From Eledone cirrhosa (taxonomy: Eukaryota): DNA of 64,000 bases. How positions within the stretch are numbered: position 1 is the stretch's first letter; every line of letters starts with the position of its first letter. Of this stretch, positions 56,884-64,000 are shown piece after piece. Both the position numbers and the translations under genes were made by a program. The notes beneath the pieces were generated by a model, which was given only the letters and a program-made list of their open reading frames with translations, searched no databases and was not told the origin of the DNA. The stretch lies in assembly GCA_964016885.1 (NCBI GenBank), contig OZ024741.1:229276001-229340000 (forward strand), written 5' to 3'.

Positions 56884-57220
56884 GACTGATACACATACGC
56901 ACCAGACTGAAACACATACACACCAGACTGATAAACATACACACAAGACTGATATACACATTCACACCAGACTGATACACATACACACCACACTGATAAA
57001 CATACACACCAGACTGATAAACATACACACAAGACTGATTGATATACATACACGCCAGACTGATACACATACACACCAGACTGATACACATACACACCAG
57101 ACTGATAAACATACACACAAGACTGATATACACATACACACCAGACTGATACACATACACACCAGACTGATACACATACACACCAGACTGATAAACATAC
57201 ACACCAGAGTGATATACACA
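56884..57220. repeat. Indel-rich junction cassette (type 1, A-to-B boundary)
   Basis: 23-mer at 56947, 25-mer at 57033, 23-mer at 57121. Shares GAAACAC, ATTCACAC and GAGTGAT variants with the 19.3-kb copy. Confidence 0.85.
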
Positions 57221-60200
57221 CACACCAGACTGATACATATACACACCAGACTGATATACATACACACCAGACTGATACACATATATACCAGACTGATACA
57301 AATACACACCTGATTGATATACATACACACCAGACTGATACACATACACACCAGAATGATACACATACACACCAGACTGATACACATACACACCAGACTG
57401 ATACACATACACACCAGACTGATATACATACACACCAGACTGATACACATACACACCAGACTGATATACATACACACCAGACTGATATACACACACACCA
57501 GACTGATACACATACACACTAGACTGACATACATACACACAAGACTGATATACATACACACCAGACTGATACACATACACACCGGACTGATACACATACA
57601 CACCAGACTGACATACATACACACCAGACTGATACACATACACACCAGACTGATACACATACTCACCAGACTGACATACATACACACCAGACTGATATAC
57701 ACACACACCAGACTGATACACATACACACCAGACTGATACACATACACACCAGACTGATACACATACACACCAGACTGATATACACACACACCAGACTGA
57801 TACACATGCACACCAGACTGATATACATACACACCAGACTGATACACATACACACCAGACTGATACACATACACACCAGACTGATACACATACACACCAG
57901 ACTGATACACATACACACCAGACTGATATACATACACACCAGACTGATACACATACACACCAGACTGATATACATACACACCAGACTGATACACATACAC
58001 ACCAGACTGATACACATACACACCAGAATGATACACATACACTCCAGACTGATATACATGCACACCAGAGTGATATACATAAACACCAGACTGATACACA
58101 TACACACCAGACTGATACACATACACACCAGACTGATACACATACACACCAGACTGATACACATACACACCAGACTGATACACATACACACCAGACTGAT
58201 ACACATACACACCAGACTGATACACATACACACCAGACTGATACACATACTCACCAGACTGATACACATACACACCAGAATGATACACATACACTCCAGA
58301 CTGATATACATACACACCAGACTGATATACATACACACCAGACTGATACACATACACACCAGACTGATACACATACACACCAGACTGATACACATACACA
58401 CCAGACTGATACACATACACACCAGACTGATACACATACACACCAGACTGATACACATACACACCAGACTGATACACATACACACCAGACTGATACAGAT
58501 ACACACCAGACTGATATACATATACACCAGACTGATACACATACACACCAGACCGATATACATACACACCATACTGATACACATACACACCAGACTGATA
58601 CACATACACACCAGACTGATACACATACACACCAGAATGATACACATACACACCAGACTGATATACATACACACCAGACTGATACACATACACACCAGAC
58701 TGATACACATACACACCAGACTGATACACATACACACCAGACTGATACACATACACACCAGACTGATATACATACACCCCAGGCTTATATACATACATAC
58801 CAGACTGATATACATACACACCAGACTGATACACATACACACCAGACTGATACACATACACACCAGACTGATACACATACTCACCAGACTGATACACTTA
58901 CACACCAGTCTGATACACATACACACCAGAATGATACACATACACACCAGACTGATATACATACACACCAGACTGATATACATACACACCAGACTGATAT
59001 ACATACAGACCAGACTGATATACATACACACCAGACTGATACACATACACACCAGACTGATACACATACACACCAGACTGATACACATACACACCAGACT
59101 GATATACATACACACCAGACTGATACACATACACACCAGACTGATATACATACACACCAGACTGATACACATACTCACCAGAATGATACACTTACACACC
59201 AGACTGATATACATACACACCAGACTGATACACATACACACCAAACTGATACACATACACACCAGACTGATACACATAAACACCAGACTGATACACATAC
59301 ACACAAGACTGATATACATACACACCAGACTGATACACACACACTCCAGACTGATGTACATACACACCAGACTGATACACATACACACCAGACTGATACA
59401 CATACACACCAGACTGATACACATACACACCAGACTGATACACATACACACCAGACTGATATACATACACACCAGACTGATACACATACACACCAGAATG
59501 ATACACATACACACCAGACTGATATACATACACACCAGACTGATACACATACACACCAGACTGATATACATACACACCAGACTGATACACATACACACCA
59601 GACTGATACAAACACACACCAGACTGATACACATACACACCAGACTGATATGCATACACCCCAGACTGATATACATACACACCAGACTGATATACACACA
59701 CACCAGACTGATACAAATACACACCAGACTGATACACATACACACCAGACTGATACACATACACACCAGACTGATATACACACACACCAGACTGATATAC
59801 AAACACACCAGACTGATACACATACACACCAGACTGATACACATACACACCAGACTGATACAAATACACACCAGACTGATACACATACACACCAGACTGA
59901 TATACATACACACCAGACTGATACACATAAACACCAGACTAATACAGATACAAACCAAACTGATACACATACACACCAGACTGATATACACACACACCAG
60001 ACTGATACACATACACACCAGACTGATATGCATACACCCCAGACTGATATACATACACACCAGACTGATACACATACACACCAGACTGATACAAATACAC
60101 ACCAGACTGATATACATACACACCAGACTGATACAGATACACACCAGACTGATACACATACACACCAGACTGATACACATACACACCAGACTGATACACG

Positions 60201-63200
60201 TACACACCAGACTGATACACATACACACCAGACTGATACACATACACACCAGACTGATATACATACATACCAGACTGATACACATACACACCAGACTGAT
60301 ACACATACACAGCAGACTGATATACATACACACCAGACTGATACACATACACACCAGACTGCTATACATACACACCAGACTGATATACAAACACACCAGA
60401 CTGAAACACATACACACCAGTCTGATACACATACACACCAGACTGATATACATACACACCAGACTGATACACATACACACCAGACTGATACACATACACA
60501 CCAGACTGATACACATACACACCAGACTGATATACATACACACCAGACTGATATACATACACACCAGACTGATACACATACACACCAGACTGATACATAT
60601 ACACACCAGACTGATACACAAACACACCAGACTGATATACATACACACCAGACTGATATACATACACACCAGACTGATATACATACACACCAGACTGATA
60701 TACATACACACCTGACTGATACACATACACACCAGACTGATACACATACACACCAGACTGATATACATACACACCAGACTGATATACATACACACCAGAC
60801 TGATACACATACACACCAGACTGATACATATACACACCAGACTGATACACATACACACCAGACTGATATACATACACACCAGACTGATATACATACACAC
60901 CAGACTGATATACATACACACCAGACTGATACACATACACACCAGACTGATACATATACACACCAGACTGATACACATACACACCAGACTGATATACATA
61001 CACACCAGACTGATACACATACACACCAGACTGATACACATACACACCAGACTGATACACATACACACCAGACTGATATACATACACACCAGACTGATAT
61101 ACATACACACCAGACTGATACACATACACACCAGACTGATACATATACACACCAGACCGATACACATACACACCAGACTGATATACATACACACCAGACT
61201 GATACATATACACACCAGACTGATACACATACACACCAGACTGATATACATACACACCAGACTGATACACATACACACCAGACTGATACATATACACACC
61301 AGACTGATACACATACACACCAGACTGATATACATACACATCAGACTGATATACATACACACCAGACTGATACACATACACACCAGACTGATACACATAC
61401 ACACCAGACTGATACAGATACACACCAGACTGATATACATATACACCAGACTGATACACATACACACCAGACTGATATACATACACACCAGACTGATATA
61501 CATACACACCAGACTGATACACATACACACCAGACTGATACACATACACACCAGACTGATACAAATACACACTAGACTGATACACATACACACCACACTG
61601 ATATACATACACACCAGACTGATACACATACACACCAGACTGATACACATACACACCAGACTGATACACATACACACCAGACTGATATACATACACACCA
61701 GACTGATACACATACACACCAGACTGATACACATACACACCAGAATGATACACATACACACCAGACTGATACACATACACACCAGACTGATACACATACA
61801 CACCAGACTGATACACATACACACCAGACTGATATACATACACACCAGACTGATACACATACACACCAGACTGATACACATATACACCAGGCTGATACAC
61901 ATACACACCAGACTGATATACATACACACTAGACTGATATGCATAAACACCAGACTGATACAAACACACACCAGACTGATACACATACACACCAGACTGA
62001 TATGCATACACCCCAGACTGATACAAATACACACCAGACTTATACACATACACACCAGACTGATATACATACACACCAGACTGATACACATACACACCAG
62101 ACTGATACACATACACACCAGACTGATACACATACACACCAGACTGATACACACACACACCAGACTGATACACATACACACCAGACTGATACACACACAC
62201 ACCAGACTGATACACATACACATCAGACTGATATACATACACACCAAACTGATACACATACACACCAGACTGATACACATACACACCAGACTGATACACA
62301 TACACACCAGACTGATACACATACACACCAGACTGATACACATACACACCAGACTGATACACATACACACCAGACTGATACACATACACACCAGACTGAT
62401 ACAGATACACACCAGACTGATATACATATACACCAGACTGATACACATACACACCAGACCGATATACATACACACCATACTGATACACATACACACCAGA
62501 CTGATACACATACACACCAGACTGATACACATACACACCAGAATGATACACATACACACCAGACTGATATACATACACACCAGACTGATACACATACACA
62601 CCAGACTGATACACATACACACCAGACTGATACACATACACACCAGACTGATACACATACACACCAGACTGATATACATACACCCCAGGCTTATATACAT
62701 ACACACCAGACTGATATACATACACACCAGACTGATACACATACACACCAGACTGATACACATACACCCCAGGCTTATATACATACACACCAGACTGATA
62801 TACATACACACCAGACTGATACACATACACACCAGACTGATTCACATACTCACCAGACTGATACACTTACACACCAGTCTGATACACATACACACCAGAA
62901 TGATACACATACACACCAGACTGATACACATACACACCAGACTGATACACATACACACCAGACTGATATACATACACACCAGACTGATATACATACACAC
63001 CAGACTGATATACATACAGACCAGACTGATATACATACACACCAGACTGATACACATACACACCAGACTGATACACATACACACCAGACTGATACACATA
63101 CACACCAGACTGATATACATACACACCAGACTGATACACATACACACCAGACTGATATACATACACACCAGACTGATACACATACTCACCAGACTGATAC

Positions 63201-64000
63201 ACTTACACACCAGACTGATATACATACACACCAGACTGATACACATACCCACCAAACTGATACACATACACACCAGACTGATACACATAAACACCAGACT
63301 GATACACATACACACAAGACTGATATACATACACACCAGACTGATACACACACACTCCAGACTGATGTACATACACACCAGACTGATACACATACACACC
63401 AGACTGATACACATACACACCAGACTGATACACATACACACCAGACTGATACACATACACACCAGACTGATATACATACACACCAGACTGAGACACATAC
63501 ACACCAGAATGATACACATACACACCAGACTGATATACATACACACCAGACTGATACACATACACACCAGACTGATATACATACACACCAGACTGATACA
63601 CATACACACCAGACTGATACAAACACACACCAGACTGATACACATACACACCAGACTGATATGCATACACCCCAGACTGATATACATACACACCAGACTG
63701 ATATACACACACACCAGACTGATACAAATACACACCAGACTGATACACATACACACCAGACTGATACACATACACACCAGACTGATATACACACACACCA
63801 GACTGATATACAAACACACCAGACTGATACACATACACACCAGACTGATACACATACACACCAGACTGATACAAATACACACCAGACTGATACACATACA
63901 CACCAGACTGATATACATACACACCAGACTGATACACATAAACACCAGACTAATACAGATACAAACCAAACTGATACACATACACACCAGACTGATATAC
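57220..64000. repeat. Variant domain B (copy 2, partial)
   Basis: B markers reappear from ~58.8 kb (CACCCCAGGCTTAT); GACTAATACAGATACAAACCAAACTG at 59937 and 63948. Confidence 0.75.

Larger units (their letters stand above)
1..64000. repeat. 21-bp tandem satellite array, consensus GACTGATACACATACACACCA (major variant GACTGATATACATACACACCA), about 3,050 head-to-tail monomers, extending beyond both window edges
   Basis: The monomer can be read continuously from base 1 to base 64000 in a single orientation. All six translated frames show a 7-aa period (RLIHIHT, QTDTHTH, PD*YTYT; minus [21 protein letters not shown]). 64000/21 is about 3048. Confidence 0.99.
43865..64000. repeat. Second (partial) copy of the super-repeat, with the same block order but different internal expansions
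   Basis: Same ordered diagnostic variants as copy 1. The offset falls from 43,864 (start) to 37,659 (19374 vs 57033; 19655 vs 57314) because internal duplications differ. Confidence 0.88.

Noticed and set aside
1-64000. Third plus-strand frame (PD*YTYT) as TGA-recoded Trp or selenocysteine protein
   Set aside because: One stop among six frames of a 21-mer is unremarkable. There is no SECIS-like unique sequence and no evidence for an alternative genetic code.
1-64000. CRISPR array or other repeat-spacer system
   Set aside because: Monomers abut directly with no unique spacers, and there is no leader or cas gene.
1-64000. Variant order as a deliberate information code or diversity-generating cassette system
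   Set aside because: The patterns are adequately explained by point mutation plus nested tandem duplication. No recombinase, reverse transcriptase or expression site is present in the window.
1-64000. RIP-like or methylation-driven CpA-to-TpA bias (C9T, C11T, C15T, C20T)
   Set aside because: Five of the seven consensus Cs are already followed by A, so the context is expected. Reverse T-to-C changes and many transversions also occur, and variants are inherited in blocks rather than scattered.
1-64000. Pure sequencing or assembly artefact, or synthetic concatemer
   Set aside because: Rare variants and indels recur in consistent long-range order while copies also carry private differences, which random error would not give. 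Copy number of the youngest near-identical duplications still needs read support.
1-64000. tRNA, rRNA, transposon, inverted segment or G-quadruplex array
   Set aside because: No non-monomer sequence or orientation switch was seen. The G-rich strand has only one GG per consensus unit, insufficient for canonical G4.

Overview
The whole 64 kb window is one uninterrupted head-to-tail tandem array (satellite or very large minisatellite) of a 21-bp monomer, consensus GACTGATACACATACACACCA (9A/7C/3T/2G, ~43% GC, no CpG), about 3,050 copies. It shows no inversion, no unique spacer and no inserted element, and runs off both ends. I find no supportable gene, RNA gene, CRISPR array or mobile element. 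The giant ORFs arise because 21 is divisible by 3 and five of the six frames of the monomer lack a stop codon. The real information lies in the order of variant monomers, which shows nested higher-order repeats: 84 bp, 336 bp, 651 bp, 1.3-3.4 kb, ~4-5 kb and a 43,864-bp super-repeat. Two variant-defined sub-domains (A and B) alternate and are punctuated by a recurrent ~0.34-kb indel-rich cassette. The DNA is probably eukaryotic heterochromatic, subtelomeric or intronic VNTR-type sequence (inference only; the organism cannot be determined). I see no convincing new biological system; the functional ideas below are labelled as hypotheses. Block boundaries were read by eye and are approximate, whereas marker offsets are exact.
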